A stretch of 64,000 nt of DNA from Trichinella spiralis. Taxonomy: Eukaryota. The position numbers were made by a program, and so were the translations under genes. The first letter of the stretch is position 1. The number at the start of each line of letters is the position of its first letter. Below, piece after piece: positions 13,201 through 27,800 of the stretch. The stretch lies in assembly GCF_000181795.1 (NCBI RefSeq), contig NW_003526943.1, positions 8,535,472-8,599,471 on the forward strand, given 5' to 3'. The notes beneath the pieces are model-generated. The model ran no database searches. It was not told the DNA's origin and was given only the letters and a program-made list of their open reading frames with translations.

Positions 13201-16200
13201 GGTTGAAATACGACAAATTCAAAGACTATTTTGAATATATATTGAATTTTATAATCGCTTTTTGTAATCACAATTTAATTCAATTTCACTAATCATGCAT
13301 GATTCACATTTGATTTTCAAATGTACAGCATTAAATTGTTTGTGCAACACTTTAAATTAAATAAATAAGTAAATAATATAAAAATTGCACTGTCTTTATT
13401 GCGATGTAAACAATTATTACATTTAAACATAATCTTCGTAGATGAAAAGAAATATTAAAAATGAAACAGTTCAATAATTAAATATTGATTGTAATGCAAA
13501 TATAAGTATTGAATCGTAAGTGTTTGACAAATTCAAATATTTTTTTAATTTTCATAAATGATTTTTTTATCATATTTAAATAGAACGGGAAGAAGTTTCA
13601 GAAGCACAATACAATGTTTGACTTTTGTGAAATATTAGTTAAATCTCAAGTGTATAGTTTAATTTTTTAATGGTAATTAATGATGAATTAATCACACAAA
13701 ATAAACTCTGTTTTGTAAAAAATTTATTATCAACTTTAAATGATTAAAAATTGATAAAATTGTCATTATTTACCATTTTAAAACATTTAATAAGATAATA
13801 AACAACCTGCTATATATAAAATTGTATACACATAGTGGCGTGTAAAAAATTATATATGACCAAAAAACTAATCCAAAAAAAACATTAATTACTATTCACC
13901 TAACACGATTGGAATGAAAATTATGATTTATGATTTGAAAATTGGATTGAATTTTAATTTATGATAAACATTAGCTTCGCTATATCAATAAATGAATATC
14001 AAATAGCATAAAATCTACTGAAGAAGTTGACAAATTTTTTTTGAAGATGTTCAAAAGTGACATCTTTATCTTTTTGTTAAAATAGTCATTTTTCTTTTTT
14101 CACTTAAATTTACATTACGCTAAATAGATTTATACTTTTGCCAGCATTAAGACAGGTTTAATATTTTAGCAAGCTTAACAACAATTAATTTGTAAATTTC
14201 TTTTGCTGGCTGCCATAAAATGATTTCTTTTTGCCAGTTGAACTACTGTAACATGACTTAGCTGAAGCTTTTCCATTTACGTAATTTTCTTCTTGATTTT
14301 GCTGTCTGAGATCACACTTTATAATATTAATTATGATTACAAAAGATTGTAGAATTTTTGCTTTGTAATAAAAGCGTAATATTCTGTTAAGCATGCTTCT
14401 GGAACTAGATGTAAATTTGCAAATGCCAGGTAACGCATACTATTCTTTGTATTATTATGTGTGTTAATGAAATATCATAAATTTCATTCAGTTTATTAAA
14501 AATAAAAAATAAGCTTTATCTACTTTATATTTCTTTGCTACATTGGTAAGCTGATCTGCTTCGCAGAATTTTTCACAATTACCAGGAGAATTTATTAAGA
14601 AAATTTATTCTCTTCAGATACATTAATAATTACATAATGTGCACTGATTCATTCACTTTTGATATGCATGCATTTTGATATATCTTGATTTTATTAAAGT
14701 TGAACTGAATTTAAATTTGATAAATATATTTAAAACTAAGAAATAACTATTTGCATTTCGTTTTTTAAAATAACACAGGTATTTATTTAAAATATAGTCA
14801 ATAAAAAAGCTTAAAGAGTAACTTCATTTTTGTAGAATTTTAAATACATTATAATTATTATAAGGAATTGTAATAACTGTGATGTAATTTTGATTTTTCG
14901 AAAATTCACTTCATTTTATAATATAAACCACTTTATTTCATCCAATAATATAGAAGAATAACATTTCCACTTTAAACAAGGGAAAGTATAAAAATCAATA
15001 ATTGATCCATGTTCTGTCTATTATATACAATGTATATAATGAGTGTGAATAAATTTGTTGTGTTCTTAATTAACTTCAGCTTCTATGTTTTATAAGCCTT
15101 CCTGTACTTGAACTTGTTTATATGTGCACAATTTTAATAAAATCGTGGTAGTTTATTTTTGTCAGTTAATATGCAATGTAATGATTAATGATTAATGTAT
15201 TACCCATAGAAAATATGAAATTTACTGACTTATGTTGGAATTTAAATATACTCGTATAGCATATATTTTCTGAAATGCATAAGATAACGCAAGTGCACAA
15301 AATTCGAAAATTGCAATTTATGTTATGAATGAATGAAGTTATGCTTGATGAATTCAGTCATACAGGAAAAAATTATGATCTTTTTCATATTTAAAAGCAT
15401 TTGTCTTTAAAAATAATAAAATTAAGGCAGTGGATAAGTGTAGATTGGAACTACTCCATTCACATGCGTACTACACACTGTTTCCAGCTGCATAGAAGAA
15501 ATTCATATGCATAACATTTACTGTGTATTTAAAAGAATATAATTAATTAGATATGATGATTGTTTATTTTTAATTATTTAATTCTGACCATATTAAAATT
15601 GTCAACTAATCATTAAAATTTAAAATTTCAATTCATTGAATTAAATCAAAGTGAAACTTCAAAATTCTGATGCACAAGAAACTCATTTATTTAAACGAAA
15701 TTTAATCAATTCATTTTTTCACACCATGCCTTTTCAGACGGGCGTGTGCTGTAATTGGCTTATTGCAATTTCAAATTTAAGCGATGTAATATATATATAA
15801 TATTTAAATATTAGGCAGAAATAAAAGATGAAATTAAATCTTATTAACTGAATGCTTAATCATTGCATTTTAATCGGTCGCTATTATATGGAGAATTGCA
15901 AACTCATATCTTAATTCTTTTTGCAATTTAATCGGACAAAAATTTTGGGAAAATCCTGAAAAGAATAATATGTTGTTATGCAATCATTTTTTGCTGAATC
16001 TCCAACATATTATTTTTTCATTTATACAAAAAGCTAGATTCAGTTGCAGCTTTGAAGCTTGATGATTGAAAAAATTAATAATAATGATGAAAACAATTAT
16101 GAAATTTTATAATAATATTTACTTTTTGCACAATAAATTTTTAATTGATGAAATGAAATGTGTCATTATTTCATTTCATTTCATTTTATGCACAATAAAA

Positions 16201-19200
16201 ATTAAGAGAGACTATTGCAGATTCTTAAAAAAATTAAAATGAGAAATTATCTGGAACATGTGTGACTTAAGACCGGAAAGTTTTGTTGAAAATTGGGAAT
16301 TACTTTGCATTGAACATTCAAAAAGCAAGTGATAACTGACTAGTAAAAATTAAATATTTCTTGATCTTTCTGCTTTGTACATAATGTGATGAGCAGATGG
16401 CTGGTTATTCATAGTAGCAAAATAGAATTTCAAACAATCACAGTCGATTGTAAGTAAAAACTAACAAATTCCTTTTGTCCGAAATGACAAATTTTTCTTC
16501 TTATGCCTTTATGTTATCATCATCTATAGCTAAAATCAATGAAAATGCTGTTTCAAATTTTATTCAATGAAATATCCTGTAAGCAAAGATAACAGTTTTT
16601 AAATACAGTACAAAAATTGCATATGCATTAATGTGTGATTTCAATTTTGTAAAAATTTTAAACTATCACTATGACTTTTTCGAAATATTGCTCAATTAAT
16701 GGAATTATTATTCAAATTTAAATAGCTTACAAATTAAAAGTAAGTACGTGAATACGAAAATTTTACGTTTTGCTTTTTCACATTTGGAAACTATTTACAA
16801 GCATTTCAAGTAGATGTGTATGATTTTATATATTGGATCAAATCAAACTCCAAAAAGCTCATTTGTGCTCCATTGCTTAAATTTTAATAACCATATTGTT
16901 ATGGAAGTTTTAACTTTTCAATTTTCTAGCTTTGTTGCTTTTCTATCATATTTTCAAGTGTAAAAGTGGTGCACGCTAAGCATAATATTAAGCATATGAA
17001 AATGATTTATGCTAAATCAAAACCCAGTGAAAAACAGTCTTAATTCATTCATGAAATTCAGTCATGGTTCGATGCGCCCGCTATCTTTTAATTTCTCTGC
17101 TTAATTATCCGTATTAATTGTAGCTACTGAGCGTGATGACCGACAATGATGCTCCATTTGTAATGTATACTTCAGAAACAACATACCATTTATATTCTTT
17201 TAATGTCTTCTCATTGTTTGTTAAGTTGTTCACGTCTGCAATCGGTGTAATTTGGCATGCTCCATTGCTATAATGCAGATTATTTCGCAGGTAATGCCCT
17301 CTTGCAGCAAAACTCTTTGCAGGCAAATTGTAATGTTCCCATAAAAGTGAATTTTTTCATTCATAACAAGGTAGTGTGATGTTTTATCAAATCATTCTTT
17401 ATATTGTGAATAATTCTAAATGACAATGGTTTAATAGCATAAGTTTGTTATACTGTATAATAACTGCTTTACTGTGATGATATAGTTTTAATACTGATGA
17501 AGCAAACTAATTCCAACTGTAGAGACATTTATAAATATGTAGTCACATTTTTATAATAAACGAATTACATTTAATATAATTTTTTATTATTACATAAATT
17601 TATCTAATAAATTTTCAGAAATTAATAGCAGTACGAATAATAATACTTAAATGTTTTTTATTAGTTAACTGTTGAGTTGATGTATTTGCAACTGAACAAT
17701 TTATCATTGGAAATGCATGAAAGATATATGCGGTGATACTTTATGCAATTTACGTGATACACGCTTAATAGCATTGTTTGCATTACATTATTGGTAACAT
17801 GGATGAGCGTTCACATAAATTGTGCAACCATTGAAGCATACACCATGGGCATTCATAATACAATTCAATTAAGGTGCAATTCATTTAATTTAAAAATTTT
17901 TGCATGCGGTTCAACTTAAATGAATTGTATAAATATTGAATTAAAATGAAATAATTAAAAGTGAAAAAATGAATTAAAAAGTCTTAGAATTAAAATGAAT
18001 AATTGTTATGCTTTTAAATGAATACCAATTTATATAAAAATAATCATTAGAATTGTATAATCCTGATAGAATATTATGAGCATTTGTTTTGAAAATTATA
18101 TTATAAGTAAAAAATTGAAAATCAAAAGTAAATCTAAGTTTTTATATTTACGGTTGTTATGTTTATGTTATGGAAATTAGAAAAGATTTTCTATATTATA
18201 TGTATAAATAGTAAAAAATTTTTGAAACCGGCATACTTTAAAAGCTATTCGACTTTGCATTAATCACCTCTAGTTTACCTCTCTCAGCTGTTTGAAGTTT
18301 TATTTACTAAAGTATTCACATCCTGTTTTATCCTTTTATTGCTTTTGACCCCTTGCGACTGAATGATTGACAGATGATGCCCAAGTATTCCAAGCCAAAA
18401 TATTGCACAGATGTCGATTGAATGCGAGGGAGGCATCTGATGAATGCCCATTTCCAGAAAACATTTTCCAATGAGAATCTCAAGGGGTGTTCGGTTGGCG
18501 GATCTTCGCACAATTTTCCTTCATCATTAAGGTTAGGCGAAACAGACTACAGCTTGCCATTATTGAATAATGATTATGGTAGAGCGTTCCGAAGACCATC
18601 CTGAGAAATGGTTCAGCGTAAAAAGGCGCTGGCAAGCAGATCTCAGGAGGCAGATTTTTCTATCTTGGAGATACGGATACAGCGGTAAGGTGCTATTTTA
18701 TTATAGTATAATCGCAAATCTGTCATAGTAATTTTACATATATAGCACCTAATGGGACTATTGTATTTATAGCACAATGTACTTAATAATTTTCAAATTA
18801 GAAATAGTGTTCATATATAGCAATGTTTTGCTTTTTTATACTTTTCTGAAAAAATTTAATCATTTTCAATAAATGGTTAATTGTGACAAACAACCTATCT
18901 CTGAAAGTTGCATTACATTAAATAACAAACAGTAAATACAAAAGCTGAATAAAAGTTTGATGTTGTTATTATTCAATACTGAAATTATTACAACAGTCGA
19001 ATTAATAAAAGAATTAATCATGGCTAACTATTTATTTTGTATTTATCCTTTTTAATAAGTATTTATTTCTTTTGTAATGCTATTGTAGAAGAAAAACGCT
19101 ATATAAATGTTAATGAGTATTACAGATTATATTTAAATATAAAATAAATGTAATGCAAAGTACAAAAAGCAAAAATTACACTCATTTGTGTAATTCTTGC

Positions 19201-21438
19201 TGAATTAGTTTAATTTAATGAAATTTTTTTGAACAGAATAATTAAATGACTGTTTTTACCAAGAATAATAAAAATTGCATATTGACTTCAAAAGATCTAG
19301 TTCATACTTTGAAGCTTGTTAATCAAAATCAAATACTTTTGATGTTTTCTCAAGAATGAAAGTTAATTTTTATAATATTAATGAAACTGTTTTATAAAGC
19401 GCGTTGTTTTTGTGTAACTTTCTCAAATATCCTAAAGTTCTTCATACATCGAACGCATCTACAAAAATAAATTAAAATTATTGAATTATGTGATGTTTAA
19501 TTGTTATTATCTGAATGTTTCCATGGTAGTTTTGAAAGCAGAAAACCATAAATTTTTGCTTTATAAAAGGTTTAATTTGAATATGAAGCACGATATAAAG
19601 TAAAAGTTTTATTTGCGTATAATTTTTATATTTATAATTACTTTAAAATTTAAAATAAACCATCATAAGAAGGTTAAAAATCTTCAAGTTTTACAGTACA
19701 AAATTTATATTAAATTATAATTCATCTGAATTGCAATTTGAAGGCATAATACCAATTTCAGCTTTTGAGATTTTTTGCTTTCTTTTCAAAGTTAGTCTTC
19801 AAGGAAGCTATCAACTAATTCATTATCTGTATGATTTATATAATTAATAATGAATTACTATGTGTATTCACTTAGTACATTTGCTTATAAATAAGCATGT
19901 TGCGCTAATTTATTCTTATTTGTATGTAAAAGTCAACAGTTCATATTTAAAATAACAAAAGCAATAATTAATATTATGCAGTTGACATTTCCAGAAACTT
20001 TGTAAAAGCTTACAAAGTAAATAATGTTTTTTTACACATTTATTTTAGCATGACATACTAAAGATATACTAAAATTTTTTAACTGTACATAATTTTCCTA
20101 AAGTTTAATTAAAGAATTTTTTATATCGCACCTAGAGCATCGTTAATAGTATGCTAAGTTTAAAAGGCTATAAATGCTAAGCATTATAAAGTTTTAAATC
20201 TAAGCAAAATGCACTTTAAATTTTCAAAAATTTGTGTAATTACTAAATGCAAATAATTAAGAGTGTTGGTAATGATTTACTAATTGCAATGCTCATGATT
20301 AAGAGCATATTTCACACAGAAATCAGAGACATTCATTATTCATGAAATTAGCTTACAATTTCAAACAAAACTAAAATAGTGCAGTGGAAGTTGCTTGCTT
20401 GGTAGAGTTTATCATATTGAAGCATAAAATTTGAACATGCTGGCTACATCCATTTGCTAAATAGGTTGTATTTCAAAATGACACATAAAAGGATAATTTA
20501 TTTTAGTCAGTTGCATCTGTAAAAGTACTAAGCAAAACTCAATGAAATAATAATTGTTCATTTGTTTTTGCAACATTATGTTTCTTCAATTGCATTATGT
20601 TTTGATATAAATGAAATACTAAAACATATACTAATGTAAACGTTATTAAAATGTTTCAGAACAACAGGGAAATAGCTAAGATATGTTTTTTTCTTTTTGG
20701 ATTTGCTTGGGTTTTAATTTTTATAGAATATAATTAATGTAAGATTGACATTAATTTCAAGATTTTTTACATTTAATATTTTCACAGTTTCATTTATATT
20801 ATTATTAAACAGATGATTAAAATTATCATATTAAATCAGTTGTTAATAAACAGATGAACAGTTGGAAGTCGGTGAAAAATAAATTGCATTTAAATATGAA
20901 CAACAAAGCCAGGAAGTACTATGTTTGATCAATACAAACTTGGGGCAAAATCAATGCTGATTCAGCAATCTTTGGTCTTCTTGCTCTGAACGTTGGCATT
21001 CATTGACTATTTTCTCAAGTGTGTTTTATAACTTCTATTGGCATTCAGTGTTTAATACAATCTTGCACTAATTTTCCCATCTATCACCGCATTTGAAAGC
21101 ACTTCTAAAGCAATCTCCTATCTGTCCCAGAGGCAAGATTCACAGTTCTCTTGACAAAAGGTTTTTTTATTTTGTGAGAGAAAAATCTCCATTTTTCGCC
21201 AAATCTGAATAAACTGTTCCCATAATCCCATAAACAGCTGTTACTTATTTGTTTATTTGTTTCTCACCTAACCTAACTTAACAAATCGTCGTCATCATAC
21301 AATAGTAGATACTTATTTTTGGAATTTGAAGACTCTTTTTATACAAATATAATCATATCACAACAACAGCATGTTAATAGCATTTATTTAAAATTATAAT
21401 TATAAATTAATTACATTTTGCTTTGAGCAGTGTCTCCA

Positions 21439-21457
21439 TATATATATATATATATAT
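21439..21457. repeat. (AT)n microsatellite
   Basis: Direct reading. Confidence 0.8.
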
Positions 21458-24400
21458 GACACATGATGTACTAATGTGAAAACATTTTTCTCTTTTACTG
21501 TGAAAATGTTTTAAAAATGAACATTTTAGCCTGACATTGCTTTGAGCTATATTATTTAATTGATAGTTACATTACTGATACCAGAGATATTAAAACTTAT
21601 TTTAATATTGCAAATTTCTTAATCATGCAACTGGAGAGTACATTTTTATTACATTAACCTTAATATTTTGTAAACTTTATATGCTTTTGTTTAAAAATAA
21701 GTCTGTCAAAATGCATTTAACCGATTTAACTCAACAACTCAACATGAAACTCATGATATATTTATTGCTTAACGTTCAGCAGTATGATACACGAAGTAAA
21801 TTTATGATTCTTCCATATAAAATATTTGTTCTCTTTTATTCATCAGTTTTTCATTATAAAGCCGTAGCATTTCATGAATAGCAGCAGTTTAAAACTCCAA
21901 ATTTTATTTCATTTAATGCAGTAATTATATATTATTTGCATAAACTTCCATTTAAAGTTTTAGAAAAATTTAGTCCATTTTTTAATAATATGTAATGTTG
22001 ATAATGAAATGAATTGTATAAAGACACTGCAAAATATATTTTACTTAATTTCAAATAAATAATATTATCAATATCACTTTTGCTCCATTATTATAATATC
22101 AGTTACAAAACTCATGCTGTAACACAGAGCTACAAAATGCGATTTTCTTCGAGATTCAATGTGTACTCTAAATAAAGGTTCATCTACCTTTTCCTCTTTT
22201 TGACCAATATAAATAATCATAGTGTTTTATAAATTAATAGTAATAAGCATTACATTAAATTGACATTTCATTTGAATTATATTACCATTTACAAAAAATG
22301 GTAGTTTGTTTTTAATTTTATGTAATTTTTGTAAGTTATCTGAAAATCATTTATTATGGATTGAAAATTTAAAAGCTATATACTGCAGTTTCATATTTGA
22401 AAAATTCTGTAATGAAAATTTTTAATGCACAATTCAAAGAGCTGACCTGCTTTAGAAAATTCAGTGCGATCATTTAAAATAATTTTATATTTATTATGCA
22501 TGTAAATTTAGAAATAGATTTTATTTTCGCAGTTTTTCTTCGACTGTTTTCAATGAGTTTACCAAGCAGTGGAAGATATATTTCAAAATAATATAAAAAT
22601 AATTGTACCTAATTGCATATTGAATAGACATAAAATATATACTTTAAAAATAGCTTAAATTGATAGTTTTTATACAAAATAGTTTTGTTTTTATTTTTGA
22701 GGAGTCACATTTTAATTTTTACAGTATAATCATTTATTTTAGGAATGAAAAATTAATTTAATTTTAAAGAGTTTTTGAATAATTTAATTAACAATTCTTC
22801 GATGCATATATTCATTTAGTTCACGCTTTTGAAACAGATGTGCATTACGATTATTGAGCAACTGATGTTGCAAACCACGTTTATCATTGAACCTTCATAT
22901 TCTTTAAAAAGGGAAATATTTTATTTGAAGACTACATCATAAAAATTGTGCATTCATTGTTTGCAAGTTCCTCCAAGTTTAATTCATTTGATTTATTAAG
23001 ACTTACTATCAATCACATAATGATGAATAAGTTTTTACGCAAATAAATTGTGTAAATAACACAAAGTGATCAATGTAAATTTTTCTCACTATTTTTTCAT
23101 AAAAAACAGTTGTACAATTTTTATTAATATGTTTTAGTTCATTGATCTGATAAATGTAATTAATATTATTGAATCAGTTTAAATTATTCTTTCAATCACG
23201 CATAACTACTTATTAATTTAAATTAAAATTCATATAATATGATACCAGGATGAAATTAATTTGAAAATTTTCAATATTTATTTCTTTTTAGTTTTTAGGA
23301 TATTTTCCAATAGTTAAATTACATTCCTTTTATTACAGTATAATGTATGTTTGACAAAAATTTGATTTTGAATGAAATTCACGCTAAATGTCACATCTTA
23401 TTTCACTGTTAATTTATAAAAATTTTTTTTATTTCGAAACATATGCAATTAATTTTTATTAATAAAAAAGCACAATAGTTATGAAATTGTTTCAAATGTG
23501 AAAATTGTCGTATTTTTTAAGATGTATTTAGATTGAACTAAATATATTGATTCAACTTGTGCGTTTGGTTTCTCAGTAAAGCTTCTGATATTTTGAAAAG
23601 CTGGGATTAATAAATTAAAAAACAAAACGTGCATCTTTAAAATAATCTTTAAAATCTCGAGGAATTATGTAATTAATTTTAATGTTTCAGCTTACCTTGA
23701 ATTCATATGGTATTACATATATGTTTTTTTATGTAGTCATTTTTTTGGCTGTTTGATTGCTAGAGTGTTCGGCGGCAAATACTCGTTTTTCCCAACTGTT
23801 CAACTTTGTAAAAAGACAAGACTAAAATCAACTTTAAAAGTTCTTTGTTAATAATTACAAGCAAATGAATATATATGTATGTGTGTATGTATATCAATAG
23901 AAGAATAGTGAAAGAAATTCATTATAAAGACGCAAATGATGTGTTGACTGAAATATTGATTCATGACCTGATGAATCAATATTTTCCAGTTAAAAAAATT
24001 ATAAAAATGATTGCCATCGTAAAAATGCTAATCGTAAATAAAAATTACATTATATGAGAAGTAAAATAATTTACAAGAAAAAGAATTTTTCTCCACTATA
24101 TAAGAAGAAGAATGGAAGATTATTCTGATTGGTCAGAAATGAAACTACGATTTGTAAAGGATATTTTGAATGAGAGGTAGCAGTGAGGGATAAGGGAAAA
24201 AAGAAAGATATAAGGATTATTTTAAGTTTGAAATTATTATTATTTTTGCGTCGGTGCATTAATGCAGTGCTGGTGAGATCACTTTTCTGAACGTTGAAGC
24301 ATTTCTTGGCAATTTTTTCCTCGGTCCCGTTGCTGTGATCCATTTTCACCGGACGAATGATTAAGTGCTCGTCTGCAGCTGGTCTGAGGTTTCTCAAACG

Positions 24401-24807
24401 ATCAAACGCAGTCAGTGAGTTGCATTGAGTTGCACAAGTATTTTGCTAAACTATTTCGCGCCTGCTCGCCTACCTATCAACAACTTCAAAAGAAGCGTAC
24501 GTTCATCTCACAGCTCTGACGACGCAATCTATCCAAATCTGCATCGTTGAAGTCAGGTGTCCAGGCGCGCATCTCAGCTATTACAGACCCCCATTTTCAA
24601 AGCAGCATCTACAAAACTGAATCCTTTTCAAATTATATCTTGGATTGGAATTTCTTTTTTATTCTTGTTGTCATATTTGTTATGCTTCCTCTTTTTCTCT
24701 CTTTATCTTTCTTTTTCCTCGTATTCTTCTTTTGGATTGTCAGTTGGTCTGACAGAGTGCGTCTTCTACGCGCCGACACGTGATGCTTAGCACGTTTGTT
24801 CAAAAAC

Positions 24808-27800
24808 ATGCGAAAGCTGCTGAGAAAATCACGGAACGAATACACCGAATTGAGAGAATTCGAGGAACTAACAGGAAAACGAGTATCTTTGCCGCCGAAT
24901 ACATGGCTATCAACGCCTTTACCTATTGAACGAAAAAAATCTTCTTTCTGGCATACTGATGTCAGTTTTGGCCTTGTAGATCATCTGAACCGTTGGGAAG
25001 GATTGCCACTGACGCCAATCGATGGCAACGTATCCGACATTGATGATTTACCTACTTTGGTTGCCGAAGGTGTGCTTGATCAGTCCGACCATGACATCGA
25101 CACCTCCGTTAAGCACCTCATACTTAAGGTATGTTGTCAATTTTTTTCATTTTCCTTCCTTTTATTTTTCGATAATAATAATAATTGCTTGTTAATTTTT
25201 TCTTGTATTTTATGTGCTCATGTTTGACTTGTTTTCCCATTGGGCCGTTTATGTGTTACTTTTACTAACATTCAACAGCTGGATTTGAATAAGAAAAATC
25301 ATCAACTCTCAAATTAGCTATATTCGCATATTTATCATTTCTGAAACTCATTTGCTCCTGGTCGGGAAGAGAGGAGGGGGGAGGACATGAAAGCGGCTGC
25401 GTGTACTGCTCGCTTCGTCTGCTACGCTTAATGCCAATCTTAGGCAGCAATAAAAGCTAGAAGAATTAAATGCTTCAGCTTTTCCACTTAATAATAACAC
25501 ATCTATAATAATTTCCATTTAAAGACTTTTGAAATTAAATTGAATCGATTCAATTTAATTCAATTTAAATTTTGAACTGATTGTCATTTTCAATGATTTC
25601 TCATCTATATTAAATAACCATTATCTTTGCATATTTATAAAAATAATTTATTTAAATAATTTTCTTCTCTTAATTTGAAACTATAATGTTAAAATAGAAC
25701 AAAAATTGTAGGCTAAAAATTGCTCGTTTTTTAGCTTCATTCTAATATGATGATTGAATCAGAAATTGTAATTTGAATTCTATTTCATTTGACATTAGAT
25801 AATTTCTTTGTTTTTTAAAGAAATTTTGAATTCATATTTTAAATGTTTTTATTGATTTATTTTCATTTAAAATGTGCACACATTGTTAAAACCAACTAAA
25901 ATATACTTCCGAGTCATTCGGATTTCATTACAGTACTACTGGTGGTGCAAAGGATAAACATTGAATATTTATTGTTGTTGAAATGGCGCACATAAGTGAA
26001 GATCAGCATAACATATTTGTTCAAACTATAAATCATAATAAGTAGATGCTTAACACGGACTGCTAATATGTACACTTATTTATTCTTTAATGGTATGCTG
26101 AATTAACAGATTTCTGCCAGTAATATCAAATCAATTAAAAATATTTATGAAAAAATATACACTTTACAAAGCTCATTGCCATATTGTGAAGCTCAGATTT
26201 TGAAAACTATTGCTTTTTTTATACTGTATAACTTACACAAATAATAATAATCTTATTGCTTATTATTACTTCCATTAACAAATTTGGTGTTTGTTCAATA
26301 ATTTTTCATTTACCAATTTACCAATTCAATTTAAAATGTGAATTTCTCAATTCAGCATATAAAAATAACTGTTCAATTTGAATATATAAATGGAATAAAT
26401 ATAATTTTTTTAAAGTAAAATTTAATTAATAATTTTGATAAAGTGCAATGCAGTGATAAATGCATGAGCAATAGCTTATGATGAATAAACTTATTATAAT
26501 TTAAAAACTATTAAAAATCAATATTTTATAGTTTATGCATGCATTTATTTCATAAGATTTAATTATTTATAGCATGGAAAAACTAATCAGTAATTCAATT
26601 AAACCGTATATTACGGTATTTATTAGTGAAATTTATAATGGATATTATTGGAATTGTGTTTCGTGACATCAGTGAGATATGTTTTCAAACAATATGGCAA
26701 GAAATTTTGGTGTTGTCTTAGTTCAACTGATTTATCCTGAAGTGCAATAAATCAGTGTTTCAGGGAGAGCTTGAGGTGGACAGTGGCGTTTAGGGGTAAA
26801 CTCAGCCACGTTTTGTCCCAAAACAAAACACAGCTGCTGCTTTAATAATAACAGCGGCTTGTCTCAAACTGAAGCTAACAATTTCTCCTTTTCTCCATGC
26901 TTTAACAGCTGGCTTATAATTATATCCAAACTCACGTCTAAATCTGAATCACAAATAGCAAAACATATTTTTCATTCAATCTTCCTTCTCATGTCAAGCA
27001 TTGTCCTGGTGTTGACCAGAAATTTTTTCGACACTATCAATCTTCATCTTTCCTTTTTTGTAAATAAGCAGTGCTTTACTGATTTTTCTAACATTTTACG
27101 TACATTTTTTATTTAAATGAAAAGAATTGTTTCCTACATTGTTAAAACATACGGAATGAGCATTTGCAATACAATTCTGCCATTATCATTAATGAATATG
27201 CTATATATTTTAATTATTAATAAAATATTTAAAAATTTATTCATCTGCAAACAAATTTATGTACAATAAATAAAAGGATTGAAATTTACAATCATTAATG
27301 ACAATTGTGAATAGTAGTGTGGTGTGAAATTGTTGACTTTTGAAACAAATCATTTATATTTCCTTTAAATTTATGATTAAATGCAGTTTAACTTATTATT
27401 GCTTGTTAATTAAGTTTTACAAGTTGTGTTTTGCATTTCCAACTGCGGCATCATGGAATAAAGCATAGCAAATTATTTTTTTGCTCAGTCTTACTACTCA
27501 TTCTCCATTAAGGCAAACTATTGATTTGGAGATTGAAAAGTGATATGTTTCTTTTAATGGATAATAATTTTTTAAATGAAGATTTCAATTAAGTTTACAC
27601 TGAATTTATTTAGTGACATTGGATCATGTTTAAAAGCATGTTTGCACTCGTTAAATCATGCATTAGTGTAACTGGATGTCAAAGAAAGCTATTTAAAGAA
27701 CATTAGTATTAAGTATGGGTTTCTTGATTTTGACATGCACCATTAAAATAGCAGACTTTTGCAGCTGCAAGCATTTTTTCCTTTAGATCAATGCTACCAT

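Noticed and set aside
17060..17095. GGTTCGA T-loop-like motif suggesting a tRNA
   Set aside because: No cloverleaf stems or A-box found around it.
6288..24397. Scattered 60-108 aa ORFs in the gene-poor region
   Set aside because: Composition typical of random AT-rich noncoding DNA, with no motifs.
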